Assembly: GCA_000004985.1 (NCBI GenBank)
Contig: GG738862.1
DNA length: 64,000 bases
Direction: 5' to 3' (one strand)
Source of the DNA: Naegleria gruberi
Taxonomy: Eukaryota
Shown: positions 11,239 through 22,175 of the stretch, piece after piece
Position numbering within the stretch: the first letter of the stretch is position 1
How the letters are laid out: each line of letters opens with the position of its first letter
The notes under the pieces: model-generated
What the model saw: only the letters and a program-made list of their open reading frames with translations
Databases searched by the model: none
What the model was told of the DNA's origin: nothing
Translations under genes and position numbers: made by a program

Positions 11239-12370
11239 TCATGTTAAATCTTCATCATCAATATTTGTTTTCATTGTTTGAGAAAACAATTCGTTATTAA
11301 TTTCAGAACGCAACTTTTTTTGATTAATCTCCCAGATGGAAACATTTTGAGGTGATTCAGTAGTTCTTAAATGTTCTAGGCATGCACTATAACATTTGCA
11401 TAGGCAGGTTGAGTGGAAAATGACTTGGTTGAGGGATATTCTGTCTTTCACTTCATTTAGTAGTTCTATTGCTGTGGAAAGAGTTTGTTTTACAATTTCC
11501 AAAGAATGTGAATTTGTTTCTGCAATGTGAATACAGCAATCAGTGAACTCTGCCAATGGAAATTGAATTGTAGCATCCCTTTCGTCAAATGCTGAAACGA
11601 ACGTAACATTTGCACTGTGCTTCCAGTAAACAAATCTAAACATTTTAAAAGCATGTTCCAGAATGGTTGTCATTTGGGATTCAGCACATATTGAGGGATC
11701 ATATGCCCTTGCTAACATAACTAATTTGTAGAGTAGAGCAGGAATATGCGCAGATTGGGGTTGAAGGTGGTTTAAAGAAATAAATATTGCAATGAAGAGC
11801 TGCCAGAAAAAACTCTTGGGTGAGTGAAGGGAAACCAGTGTTGGAAGATGTCATCTCTTCATATAAACGAGAAATAGTATAAAAAACTGAGGTACTGGGA
11901 TGATTCATCTTGAACTTGTTGAGATTTGAAACAAAATTAGTCCATTCCTTGAAAAACTCTGAAGACTTTTTACCACCAGTATCGTGAAAGAAAGCATTGG
12001 AAGTAATGGCCATTGTGACTTTATCAATAACATCCATAGACAAAGGATTTGGATACGTACAAAGAACAGAGCTCGTAGAAACAATGGCTGATTCGATATT
12101 GTCCAAATTGATGAGTGTTTCAATCTTGGATTTTTCTAATTCGCTTAATGGGAAAAAGATGTCTATTTCTCCCTTGATGTGATCCTTATTTTTGTTGGTA
12201 TTAGTTTTTAATAAATTAATAAATTGGCCACCATCAATAGGAGTTCTGCTTAATATTTGTCCGTCTACCCGGTCCTGTCTCAGCATCATGCTTTCATCAT
12301 CATGGACTAACCGTGGTGGTGCTCTTTCATACATTTTTTTCGATTTATTTAAATCAGCACCATGAAACAA
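11239..12370 (-). CDS. Hypothetical protein, about 380 aa. Two adjacent ORFs (11699-12370 and 11239-11718) in different frames overlap by 20 nt.
   Basis: Both ORFs are long and adjacent on the same strand. No clean GT-AG intron at the junction, so a 1-nt frameshift or an unusual intron is implied. Confidence 0.4.
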
Positions 12371-12487
12371 GTTTCTTCTTTTTCAATGATTTTTAATTTG
12401 GTTGAAATAGTATGTAAATTAAGGACCCTCGGAAATAACAGTATTCATCATGAATTTATTTATTTCATTATCTTATCTCAATTTAGA

Positions 12488-13549
12488 TTACAAATTCAAG
12501 ACAATGCTAACAAGTTTGACAGCTTCCTCTGATTGTGGTAAACTAGTTACCAAAGCATTACTTGGTTGCATTTCATGACTCAAATTATAAACACAACTCA
12601 TTCCACAAAAATCAATTCCACATTCATTTCCAATTCGATTGCAAGCCACAAAATATGGAAATTGCTCTTTGGTAGAAATCATGGGTTGTAATCTATCCAA
12701 CCAATACTCGAGACAATCAGTTGAAAACCAATTACACATGAATACCAATACATCAGATCCAATTTCCTTATGGAAAGTGGTCAATTCTCTCAAATTAATG
12801 TCAGTGCAATAATTTGTTCCATTGTCAATATCCATACAAATTCCAACACCAATTCGAATATTTTCTCTATCCATTCCTGTTGGTTTATCCATGGTAGAAG
12901 TGTCGTGTGTGAGAATGCAACGCTCATTCAAGGAATAATCAAATGCTTTGAATGTATCACCTTCCTCTGCCCACACAGTATCCGCCTCAAAAAGGAAATG
13001 TTTTCTGTAGGTCACATAATTACCATTATGTGAAATCACATACATTGAATTATACAATTTACAATTGGATAGCTCATCCTTTCCATCTTGAATCAATTCC
13101 TTTTCTGGAAATCCCAAAAAAACAGTGCAATTGAATTTCTTGGCAAGTGCAAGTCCATATTCGAAATACTCTCCACCAGGACCAGATCTCTCACAGAATG
13201 GAAAGATATCCTCCCTATCTTTGAAAACATAGCCAGAGAGTGTCATTTCTGGAAAGACGAGAAAATCAATTAATTTCGAATCGAGTGGAGAAAGCATGTG
13301 TGAAATGTGTTCCTTGTTAATGTCTATTTGTTTGAATTTTATATCGCATTGACAAATGGCAACGTTTAGTGTGATTTTGCTGTTGCTGTTGGCGTGATGC
13401 AGGGAAGTATCTGATGCTGACATTTTTTTTATTGTGAACTCCGGTTGAAACTCCTTGTTGGATGCTGAAATTGTGTGGAAAAGCATCCACCAATCTGCAT
13501 TTTCAGGTTTTATCGTATTTTGAATGCTGTGGATTACAGTCATATTCAA
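12488..13549 (-). CDS. Carbon-nitrogen hydrolase (nitrilase-superfamily) protein
   Basis: The E-K-C triad is in the expected context: FLVFPEMTLSGY (Glu), YRKHFLF (Lys), IGVGICMDI (Cys nucleophile). 353 aa. Confidence 0.75.
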   Translation of the reverse strand: MNMTVIHSIQNTIKPENADWWMLFHTISASNKEFQPEFTIKKMSASDTSLHHANSNSKITLNVAICQCDIKFKQIDINKEHISHMLSPLDSKLIDFLVFPEMTLSGYVFKDREDIFPFCERSGPGGEYFEYGLALAKKFNCTVFLGFPEKELIQDGKDELSNCKLYNSMYVISHNGNYVTYRKHFLFEADTVWAEEGDTFKAFDYSLNERCILTHDTSTMDKPTGMDRENIRIGVGICMDIDNGTNYCTDINLRELTTFHKEIGSDVLVFMCNWFSTDCLEYWLDRLQPMISTKEQFPYFVACNRIGNECGIDFCGMSCVYNLSHEMQPSNALVTSLPQSEEAVKLVSIVLNL

Positions 13550-14085
13550 TGTTCAATTTTATGATGATGGAAAAATGTATTTCATTCCGAGAGATATTTC
13601 ATTTGAACTGATAGAAATAAATTGATGGGAGGAGGTGTTGCTGAACAAACCATGTGTCAAATAAGAGAAGAGTCAAGAAGAAGAAATTCTGTCAAGTGAA
13701 CACATGTGTTGTAAACTCATGATGGAACCCACTACGATTTTCTGACATGTCCAAATAATTGTAGTTCAATTACAACAGTATAATGCAATTTACAAAAGTG
13801 AGTGACATACCTACCATTTATCTAATTTGTTGCCAATCATGTCCAAATTTATTCTGTCAATTGTCCAAACCTTACTCAACCACCAATGAGATTGAAGTGT
13901 CATGGACAACGATAGTTCCAGCGTTTGTCCTTGTTCTGCAACATTCTATCCATTACAATATGCAGCTCTGGTGAACTTTCCACTGCGCCATTCTCGTGTC
14001 CATCATCGCTTTCGAATAAAAACTGCAGCAAATCTCACAAAATTTCACAACAAAAAAAAACAAAAACCAATCAATCATAAAAAGA

Positions 14086-14483
14086 TGCCACAACAATTCC
14101 TCATTGTCCTCGAAAAATGTGTCGAACAAGATGACGGCAGCAATGAAATCTGGTCTCAATTCAAGTGCAGCGACTCTGTTTTCGAATATGTTTTTGGAAT
14201 CGAATATCCAACAGGAACCACAGCTGGCGAAAGAATTGCCAGAATTCCAACCAGTGGCGCCAATTTAGATTTGTACGCTGGAATTGAGAGAATTTTCAAT
14301 AAGAATGGACAAGTTGTCTCCAAACTTAAGGGAATCATGACAAATGGTTCTTGGACTTTATTCCAATTGTTGAGTGATAAGGGATTCAAGTTGGCTGAAC
14401 AACGTAATTATGATGTTGTGCAATTTTGTTCAACTCTTAATGGAAGAAAGTTGGTTGAGAGAATTTTTGTTAGAGATTTGTAA
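14086..14483 (+). CDS. Small hypothetical protein (about 132 aa)
   Basis: ATG at 14086 (MPQQFLIVLEK...) inside the longer alt-start ORF 13902-14483. No recognisable domain. Confidence 0.35.
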
Positions 14484-14688
14484 ATCAATGATGCAAAGAA
14501 TAAATAGTTTAGTTTCGAATATTCACTACGAGCCAACGAGCTAAGAAATGTCGTCGAGCTGTGAAATATTTTCGCAATTATTAAAAAATAAAAATGGTGA
14601 GACCTTTCAATACTTTCATTCTCAATTTAGAGACATGAAAAACAAATTTAGTCATTATCCGCCAGTATAAAAGCTAACAAAACAACAT

Positions 14689-15357
14689 GTGCAACAATTA
14701 AACAACAAAACAAATATGACCAGGAACAACAACAATAATAAGAGGAAGAGTAGTGATAGTAGTGGAAAACAGAAGAAGAGGAAGATACAAACTGGGGAAT
14801 TACCATCATCAATACCTTTGGATTCAAGAGATGGAGAAGGAGAAGTGGATTTCATTTTGGAATCAGGAGATTTTGAATATAAACCGGAATATGAGGAGTG
14901 GAATCAAGTACCATCGGAAAAGCAATTAGTTTTTAGTGTTATTTGGGGAGTTTTTGCTAAATGTGCAAGATGTAAAATCAATCAACATTTGGATATGAAT
15001 GCTAGTTGTACAATTAATCATGAAACTCTTGGATCATGTGCACATCAAGTATTTTATTTGATGATGAAGGACTCAAAGGGAGAATTTCGTAGATGGTATC
15101 AGGATGTTTGGTGGAATGGTATTAGAAAAAGAAGCAAATGTATTCAATTTATATTCCGAAATTGTTTACCGAATTTTGATAAATATGATGATTGGGGAAT
15201 GGTATTAATATTGCACACCAACAACACATCTCAATTTGGAACACTCAAATGTAGACAACAAATGAATATTACTAGAATGTCAATAACTTGTAATATTGAA
15301 ACAGGAGAGGTTTGGAGTTCTTTTAGATTCAAGAAGTCAATTGAGAAAGTACGATAA
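14689..15357 (+). CDS. Hypothetical nuclear-type protein with KRK-rich N-terminus (NLS-like) and Cys/His-rich core
   Basis: 222-aa ORF with an ATG start. KRKSSDSSGKQKKRK looks like a bipartite NLS. Confidence 0.4.
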   Translation: MQQLNNKTNMTRNNNNNKRKSSDSSGKQKKRKIQTGELPSSIPLDSRDGEGEVDFILESGDFEYKPEYEEWNQVPSEKQLVFSVIWGVFAKCARCKINQHLDMNASCTINHETLGSCAHQVFYLMMKDSKGEFRRWYQDVWWNGIRKRSKCIQFIFRNCLPNFDKYDDWGMVLILHTNNTSQFGTLKCRQQMNITRMSITCNIETGEVWSSFRFKKSIEKVR

Positions 15358-15389
15358 CAACTTGTCAACCAACAATCAACAAATAAAAT

Positions 15390-17123
15390 ATGTCAGCATC
15401 CTTTAAATCTGACGTTCGTAAAATTGCTTTAACAATACCTCCCGAGTTGAACAATGATTCATTTCCTTCCATCCTACTTTTTTGTGTGTGTCAGCTCATG
15501 CTGAAATGTATTACAATAGAAGTACTCGAAAATATTTTGCTAAGTGCTTTTATTAATATTTATTTACCAATGATGACAAACAATAATGAACGCAACAAAC
15601 CTCTTGGCTGGGAAATTATTGATGATGATGATGTTACATCTCAACATAATTCGGAAGCAAGTATTGACATTGTTTCATTGTTAAGACAAGCAAGTGATGA
15701 AGTACAAAATATTGAACAAAGTGAGGATGTAGAGCATTCCCAACAAACAAGAAAACAATCAACAAGCAAGAAACCAAAAGCACCAAAACAGGTGCCAATT
15801 TTATACACTGATATTTTGGATAATTATACTGATTTTTCGTTTTTAAAATATAAATTAACTGGAGATGCAATTATTGAGGATGGAAGAGTTAATAGAACTA
15901 AGAGCAAATCTAAGCCAGTAGCAATTTGTAATATGGATCATTTCGGATTTTCAAAAAAAGATTTGTTTAGAAAATCTTGTAAACATTTCGTTGAATCTAA
16001 GCCCCATCTAAATTTAATATCAGCTAACAATAATTCTATTAAAAGCATCAAACTATTTAATATTAATGAAATGAAACAGAGTAAGGATATAAAATTTAAA
16101 GATAAAGAAGTTCTAGGAAGATTCTTATTTGGAATTGAATTGGCTGGATTAAATCATGGAATTAATGGATTTGAACATTTTATTCATTTGATTGCATATT
16201 TATTTAAGGATGAATTTATTCATGCCATTGGAACATATGATTACAAGGATAAAATTTTAAAAAAAGTAAAAGAATTACCAATTCAGGAACATTTAGAAAG
16301 TCTTAATGAATATATTGAGATGTATGAAAAAAAAACATTTCCAATAATATCTCCACTGAAATATATTGAAGAAGAGCAACATCAGGATTTGGATAGTGAA
16401 GAAGATCAAAATGAAGAACATGAACATTTTAATGAATTTAATACTGGAGTGGTTTCAACAACAAAGAAACATTCAAAGGAAAAACAACAACCACAAAAAG
16501 AAACAAATATTGAAAATGATGATAATGAATGGCATGATATAGATAGCTCAATGGATGACGATGTTGAAGAGGTAGTTAATATTGTTGAACAATCACGTGT
16601 AGATGTAGTCAATAATGAATCAAGTAAATTTACATTTACTAAAAAAATGGTTAGAGATATTTATGGAAAACAAGAATCCAGAATGTCATGTTTGAATTAT
16701 TCTAAATTTTCCAAAATAACTGAATCAGACAACACCAAAGACTCAGTTTTAAGAAAAGCAACAGCTATTTTGAATATACAAACTCTTTTAAAATTTGGAG
16801 TTCAGGTTGATGAAGAAAATTCAATAGTTGTCGCGAGCATGCTCAAGGTGTTGGAAGAATCAATAAGGTACCACATTAATTGGATTAAGGAAGCCGAAAA
16901 AGATGAAACTTTGAGCAAAAAATTGAAAAAAGAGGATTTGGAAATAGATTTAAAAGTATTTTATTTCAAATTAAATCTAGATGAAGCCTCAGGTACTGTT
17001 ACATTCGCTATTCAATTATTGAATGGAAAATCTCATGGAAATCCCGAATCGAGATTAAATGTGACAACACTAGCTGCCTGGCGTGGAGGCGAAGAGAAAA
17101 TGAGATCGAAAGTAGTAATGTAA
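15390..17123 (+). CDS. Hypothetical acidic protein (577 aa)
   Basis: Long intact ORF with an ATG start. Asp/Glu-rich internal segment. No recognisable domain. Confidence 0.5.
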   Translation: MSASFKSDVRKIALTIPPELNNDSFPSILLFCVCQLMLKCITIEVLENILLSAFINIYLPMMTNNNERNKPLGWEIIDDDDVTSQHNSEASIDIVSLLRQASDEVQNIEQSEDVEHSQQTRKQSTSKKPKAPKQVPILYTDILDNYTDFSFLKYKLTGDAIIEDGRVNRTKSKSKPVAICNMDHFGFSKKDLFRKSCKHFVESKPHLNLISANNNSIKSIKLFNINEMKQSKDIKFKDKEVLGRFLFGIELAGLNHGINGFEHFIHLIAYLFKDEFIHAIGTYDYKDKILKKVKELPIQEHLESLNEYIEMYEKKTFPIISPLKYIEEEQHQDLDSEEDQNEEHEHFNEFNTGVVSTTKKHSKEKQQPQKETNIENDDNEWHDIDSSMDDDVEEVVNIVEQSRVDVVNNESSKFTFTKKMVRDIYGKQESRMSCLNYSKFSKITESDNTKDSVLRKATAILNIQTLLKFGVQVDEENSIVVASMLKVLEESIRYHINWIKEAEKDETLSKKLKKEDLEIDLKVFYFKLNLDEASGTVTFAIQLLNGKSHGNPESRLNVTTLAAWRGGEEKMRSKVVM

Positions 17124-17135
17124 TATTTTAAATTT

Positions 17136-18526
17136 ATGATTGAGGCTACTAGAGCTAACGGAGTAATTGTTGATGGGAAAACATACAAAGTTGACTATTT
17201 AATGACAACTGATTTATTATCCTTGAAAAATATTAGTAGATTAATGTTTAAAAGAATGTGCCCATATTGTTTGAGTCTTTCAACATTATGTGATAGAAGA
17301 CATGTATTGAGAGCAAAAGAAGAACTTTCATGTATTTTATCTATTCCTCCCTCAAAGATAGTAATTTGTTTCCTCCATTTAAGGGAACGAATCATGGAAA
17401 GACTGTTAATAGATTCAATATTGACAATGAGTAGTACGAGAAAATTTTTGAAGACGTTGAAATCAATTAAGAATTTTCAGAACTTTTCATTGCGTCAACT
17501 TAACACCAAAAAAGGAATATTATATAGATGTTACTTGATAGGAAATATGGTTAAATCATTGTTAAAAAGTCTTATTGTTATCAAGAAATTTATCAATCCA
17601 ATGCAATATGAATTGATGACCAAATTTAAACGAGTAGTGGATTTGTTGAACGTAAAGGAACGAATGGATGATGAACAGTATGAAACTTTTATGAAAGCTC
17701 TCAAAGATATGCAACAATCATATTGCAGATTATATGTTAATGGTCCTAAAAGTTGGTACATGCACATATTGTTTCATCATGTTCCAAGTTTATTGAAAAT
17801 GTACGGCTCCTTAAAGCCATTTGAAACTCAGGGTTTTGAAGGTAAGTAATCATTAACTTTAATATTAATTGTAAACAGGAGCTCACATTGACGATAAAGA
17901 TCTATTGGAAAAAACCTCTCATAATGGAGGAAGAAAATCATATTTGCACTTTATGTTTCCAAACTTTAAAGATATAATGTTAATCCAATTTATTTTACCT
18001 AGATTAAGGAAATTGTTAATTTGTAACGAGTATGGTTTTAAATTTGACTGTAGTAAAAGAGATTCTAAATTGGTAAGGCAATTTCTTGATGAGCCCTATC
18101 CTGATATACTTTGTGAATATTCTCATTTATTGGAAAGAAATGATGATCAAATGTGTGATGACGAATGTTGTCAAAATAATTGATTCACATAGAATTATTA
18201 AAGCTCATAGGGATAATCTTGATGTAGGAGTTAGTATATTGTTTTATTTCGGATCGTATCTTGAAAATGAAGGTTATTTGGAGTTAACTGATAAAAATTG
18301 CAAAATATATTGCAGACCTGGAGATGTAGTGATATTTAAAGGAAATATTTATAAACACAAAGTTAATAATATTTCAACAGGATTTAGGATAGGAATTGTT
18401 TATTTCACACATAAGGGAAACAAGTCAAAACCATACTATGAAACAACGCAACGAGCCTCTTTGAAGCAACACAGAGAGTTGTTTCCTAACGAGAAGCCAA
18501 AGAAAAAGAAGAAGACAAATAAATAA
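17136..18526 (+). CDS. TET/JBP-family 2OG-Fe(II) dioxygenase (Naegleria Tet-like 5-methylcytosine oxygenase). Exon 1 is 17136-17841, a 37-nt intron follows at 17842-17878, exon 2 runs to ~18160, then an apparent frameshift leads into the catalytic frame, which ends at 18526.
   Basis: Catalytic-frame sequence IDSHRIIKAHRDNLDVGVSILFYFGSYLENEGYLELTDKNCKIYCRPGDVVIFKGNIYKHKVNNISTGFRIGIVYFTHKGNKSKPYYETT contains the HxD motif (HRD), a distal His (YKH) and an Arg (GFRIG) of the double-stranded beta-helix fold. It strongly resembles the published Naegleria gruberi Tet1 core as I remember it. The intron is GTAAGT...ACAG and splicing keeps the frame. Confidence 0.7.
17842..17878 (+). other. Spliceosomal intron (37 nt) in the Tet-like gene
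   Basis: gtaagtaatcattaactttaatattaattgtaaacag. Splicing joins ...ETQGFEG to AHIDDKDLLEKTSHNGG in frame. Confidence 0.7.
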
Positions 18527-18683
18527 ACGAACTTCATTCCTATCAATGTCAAAAATTTATTTGTTGTTTACATTCTAAAGAGAACATCCCTTCCAAAAAA
18601 AATTTACCTTCTACTTGTATTCTAATGTACAGCTCGACGACCGCTTGGCTCGTAGTGTTGTGTTTTGAAAACTTGATCACAAT

Positions 18684-20606
18684 TTGGATAAAAAAATGTC
18701 ATTAGAGGATGATGGAGAGAAGCAGATTTATTCTGTGTTTAATTTACCGGAAGTGGTTTCTAATGTTTTATTAAATTTATCTGCAAGGGAAAGAGCAAAG
18801 TTTCGTCTCATCAATTCGAATTGTGATCAAGTATACAAAATTGAAGAGGAATTATTATTTATTAAATTATGGACAAGATATAGAGATGGACATTCGTTCG
18901 GATATCAAGAAGAAACACTTTCTAATGAAGAATTGGAGCATTATCAAGAAATTTATGGAAATTTACAATTTCATTTGCGTGTTTGGTTGACTAAATGTTC
19001 AAATGGAAGATATGAGAGGGAAAATTCATTGTTATTGAGTATTTGCAATATTGGCGATTGGAGATTTATTCAAGATTGTCCATTTGTGAATGAAGATTTT
19101 CTTGAAGAATATTTAGATTCGAATTTGGTAAAGAGTTTAGTTTGTGTTCACATGGCGAAAGAAGTTTCGTATTTTATGGACATGAGAAGTGGAATATTCT
19201 ACCAAAATGTTAATATTAAATCTACTTTGAATTGGAAAAGACTTGGAACTATTCAAGAATGGTTAGAAAATATGCCCTTCGATATATTAGGAAAATTATC
19301 AATGACTAATAAGGGAAGAAAAGTTAATTATCTTGCAAAACTTATGAAAGCAATGGAAGGAAATAATATTGAGGCGATTATTTCTTTATTGAAACAGAAT
19401 TTATGTTTATTTCCCTATTTAAAGGATCAATTTAAAAGAAGGGAAGAAATTTTACAATTTTTATTGGAAAATAACGTTTATGGAACATCAATTATTGGTA
19501 TACACAGTTATTTACCTGCATTTATACCGTATGATTTGAGATGTGATCCAGATTTTGTATTGAAATATTGTAAAATTATTGATTTTTATTATTATTTACC
19601 AACTAAATTAAGAAATGATACTGAATTGATCATTAAAATATTGGAAATTCACAAAGATGTCACTATTCATCTCAGTTCAGTACCAAAAGAATTATTTTCT
19701 GATATTAGGGTTTTGAAAATATTAAGAAAACCAATTATGGAAGAATTACAATACAAAGATTTCCCACATTTGGAAATTGACACTATTGAAAAATTAATGA
19801 TATTTGGAGATTGTAATATTCTATATCCATACATATCTGACAAGTTACTCAATGATCAAGATTTTATCAGGAAATTTTTAATTGCTCAATATGGAGAGGA
19901 GTATAATGTAAATCCTACAAATTTGGAATCTGTTAAACATCCATTACAAATGGTGTTTATTGACCAATCATTGAGAAGTAACAAATCAATCATGGAAAAC
20001 CTCTCACAATACCATCTTTTATATTTATGTGGCGACTTGAAAAGAGATTTTGACATTTTATCAAAAATTGAAAAAACAAGTATTCTAAAGAAGGTCAATC
20101 CACTTTTAACATTGGAAGATTATCTTGAAATATTTAGAAAATTCATACAAAGATCTCCAACGAAAACTTTTACATTTTACTATTATATTTCAAATTTACC
20201 AACAAAATTATTCAATTGTAAAGAGGTTGTTCTGACAACAGCAAAATTATACAAAAAGTATCTTGTGGTTTTAAGTAAGATTGGAAGTGAATTATGTAAG
20301 GATGTGCAGTTTTGGAGGGAATTGTTAGAGGAAACTTCGTATGTTGATATTGGAAGTTTCGTCCCACATGAAATTCGAAACGATCCAAAAGTTTTCCTCA
20401 AACAATTGAAATATCCTGAATTGCAAATGTGTTCAAAAGAGTTGTTGGAAAATGTTGAATTTGTGGAGGAGTTTTTGGTTGCCAATAATCATTTCGAATA
20501 CATTTACCTTTCACCTAAAATGAGATCAAATAAGGAATTATTCATGACATTAAGTGAGAAAGATATGGAACTATTTCAATTTGCATCCCCTGATTTATTT
20601 GCCTAA
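18684..20606 (+). CDS. F-box-like / DUF4116-repeat protein (640 aa)
   Basis: N-terminal IYSVFNLPEVVSNVLLNLSARERAKFRLINSNC looks F-box-like. C-terminal repeats LRCDPDFVLKY, LRNDTELIIKIL and IRNDPKVFLKQL resemble DUF4116 units, as in the ORF at 1379. Confidence 0.5.
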   Translation: MDKKMSLEDDGEKQIYSVFNLPEVVSNVLLNLSARERAKFRLINSNCDQVYKIEEELLFIKLWTRYRDGHSFGYQEETLSNEELEHYQEIYGNLQFHLRVWLTKCSNGRYERENSLLLSICNIGDWRFIQDCPFVNEDFLEEYLDSNLVKSLVCVHMAKEVSYFMDMRSGIFYQNVNIKSTLNWKRLGTIQEWLENMPFDILGKLSMTNKGRKVNYLAKLMKAMEGNNIEAIISLLKQNLCLFPYLKDQFKRREEILQFLLENNVYGTSIIGIHSYLPAFIPYDLRCDPDFVLKYCKIIDFYYYLPTKLRNDTELIIKILEIHKDVTIHLSSVPKELFSDIRVLKILRKPIMEELQYKDFPHLEIDTIEKLMIFGDCNILYPYISDKLLNDQDFIRKFLIAQYGEEYNVNPTNLESVKHPLQMVFIDQSLRSNKSIMENLSQYHLLYLCGDLKRDFDILSKIEKTSILKKVNPLLTLEDYLEIFRKFIQRSPTKTFTFYYYISNLPTKLFNCKEVVLTTAKLYKKYLVVLSKIGSELCKDVQFWRELLEETSYVDIGSFVPHEIRNDPKVFLKQLKYPELQMCSKELLENVEFVEEFLVANNHFEYIYLSPKMRSNKELFMTLSEKDMELFQFASPDLFA

Positions 20607-20678
20607 ATTTATTGTTGAAAAGTGAATCTGGTGTCATTCAAATTATTAATTGAAGAGTGAAAGATTAAGGAATTGAAT

Positions 20679-20797
20679 GGCTACGGCCATATCACGATGA
20701 ATGCACCTCATCCCGTCCGATTTGAGAAGTTAAGCATCGTCGAGCCACATCAGTACTGAGGTTGGAGACAACTTGGGAACCTGTGGTGCTGTAGTCT
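20679..20797 (+). rRNA. 5S ribosomal RNA gene (copy 2)
   Basis: Identical to copy 1 across ~118 nt. The upstream box ttgaagagtgaaagattaaggaattgaa and a downstream T6 run are conserved. Confidence 0.85.
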
Positions 20798-21959
20798 TTT
20801 TTATTCCCGTTCCTACTTAAACATCTTTTTCATTCTCCTTTAAACCTTCTTCCTTAATTAATTTTGGCTTTTGACATTTTTTACCTTGCAACTTGATTTC
20901 ACTGCATCTTGCATGGCTCCTTAAGAGGATAAAAAAAGAATAAAAATTAGCTGACATGAATTCAATATTAATAAATTAGTATATTTCAAAATTTAACGTA
21001 ACGAAATTTCTATTTCAATTTCGAAAAGCATTTAATTTGCTTTAAAATTACAACTCAAATCTTTCATTCCTTCAATAATTCCAACAATTTTGAAACATTC
21101 TATTGGTATATGATTTTGTGTGAAACTTGGGGATGATTATCCCACAAATAACACATGTAATTCTCCCACATTCATATTACCAATGACATGCACACGATAG
21201 TTGACAATGAGACAGGGCAAATACTGCCAATATCTATGTGTGTAATTCGTATCAATACGGATATGCCTATTACAGCGAGTGCTGGGCAACAGTATCAGAG
21301 ATAGGTAACATTACGTGACAGATTAAGCAGGAATGATAATAGCTCTTCCTACGAAACCAAATAGGGACTTGAGAAAATTTAAATGTTGTCCTCCTCTCGG
21401 TATTAAACTTGTTAAGAATCATGAGGTGTTGGCTTGTTGAGGTTCTTGGACCAGATGTTAGAATGTTGTCCGAGATTCAAGTCGCATTGAGCACAATGTC
21501 AGTGATGTGGGAAAGATGTTTGATTAATACTACTACCAACTCATGTCTTTGAGATTTTGCTCCCTTGATTACTAGCATGAGGAATTATAATGAATGTGTC
21601 CTTAATATTTCTCATGTTCATGTTTACATGTATTCAAGATGTGTTGAATGCATCCAACATGTGTTGTAACATAGCAATTATCACATATTTCCGTCAAGAT
21701 AGAGAGGACTGTACAACGCAACATCTTTTATCTCTGTGTGAAATACCCACTGATCTCCTTACCAAGCTTGTTTTTTTTAAAACTGAAATCGATGCTAGAA
21801 AAGGAAAGCAGTAATTTTGATATTACTGTTGGTAACAAGTAAGCCATTCACATTGAATATTATTACTTTGAGTACAAATATTATGAACTCTCAATTGCAA
21901 TCTTCTCTAATAGATTGTAGATTGGAAGAGCAGTCGTTGTTCTATCAGTAATTTATCGA

Positions 21960-22175
21960 GCAGATGACGAACATTCAACAAACAATCCAAAACTGGGATA
22001 TTCATATCTAAAATTGATATCCATTATTTTTGTACTGGACTCTATATCCCTCCTTTATTAATTTGAACATCTGTATATCACTGTATATATCTTTGTATTA
22101 CAATAGCTTTTTTAGTCCACACAACAATGTTTTCTCGTTTTCTCTCTTGTCCTTAGAAAAGCAAAAAAAAACAAA
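21960..22175 (+). repeat. Upstream/promoter block duplicated at 50190-50390
   Basis: About 200 bp (aaactgggatattcatatctaaaattg...ggactctatatccctcc...aatttgaacatctgta...) are near-identical ahead of both Cys-rich/TLDc paralogs. Confidence 0.7.

Noticed and set aside
17136-17849. The Tet-like gene as part of a KDZ- or Plavaka-type transposon, as reported for fungal TET/JBP genes
   Set aside because: I saw no terminal inverted repeats, target-site duplications or a transposase-like ORF flanking 15390-18526. The neighbouring ORFs have no recognisable transposase motifs. The idea cannot be excluded without similarity searches.
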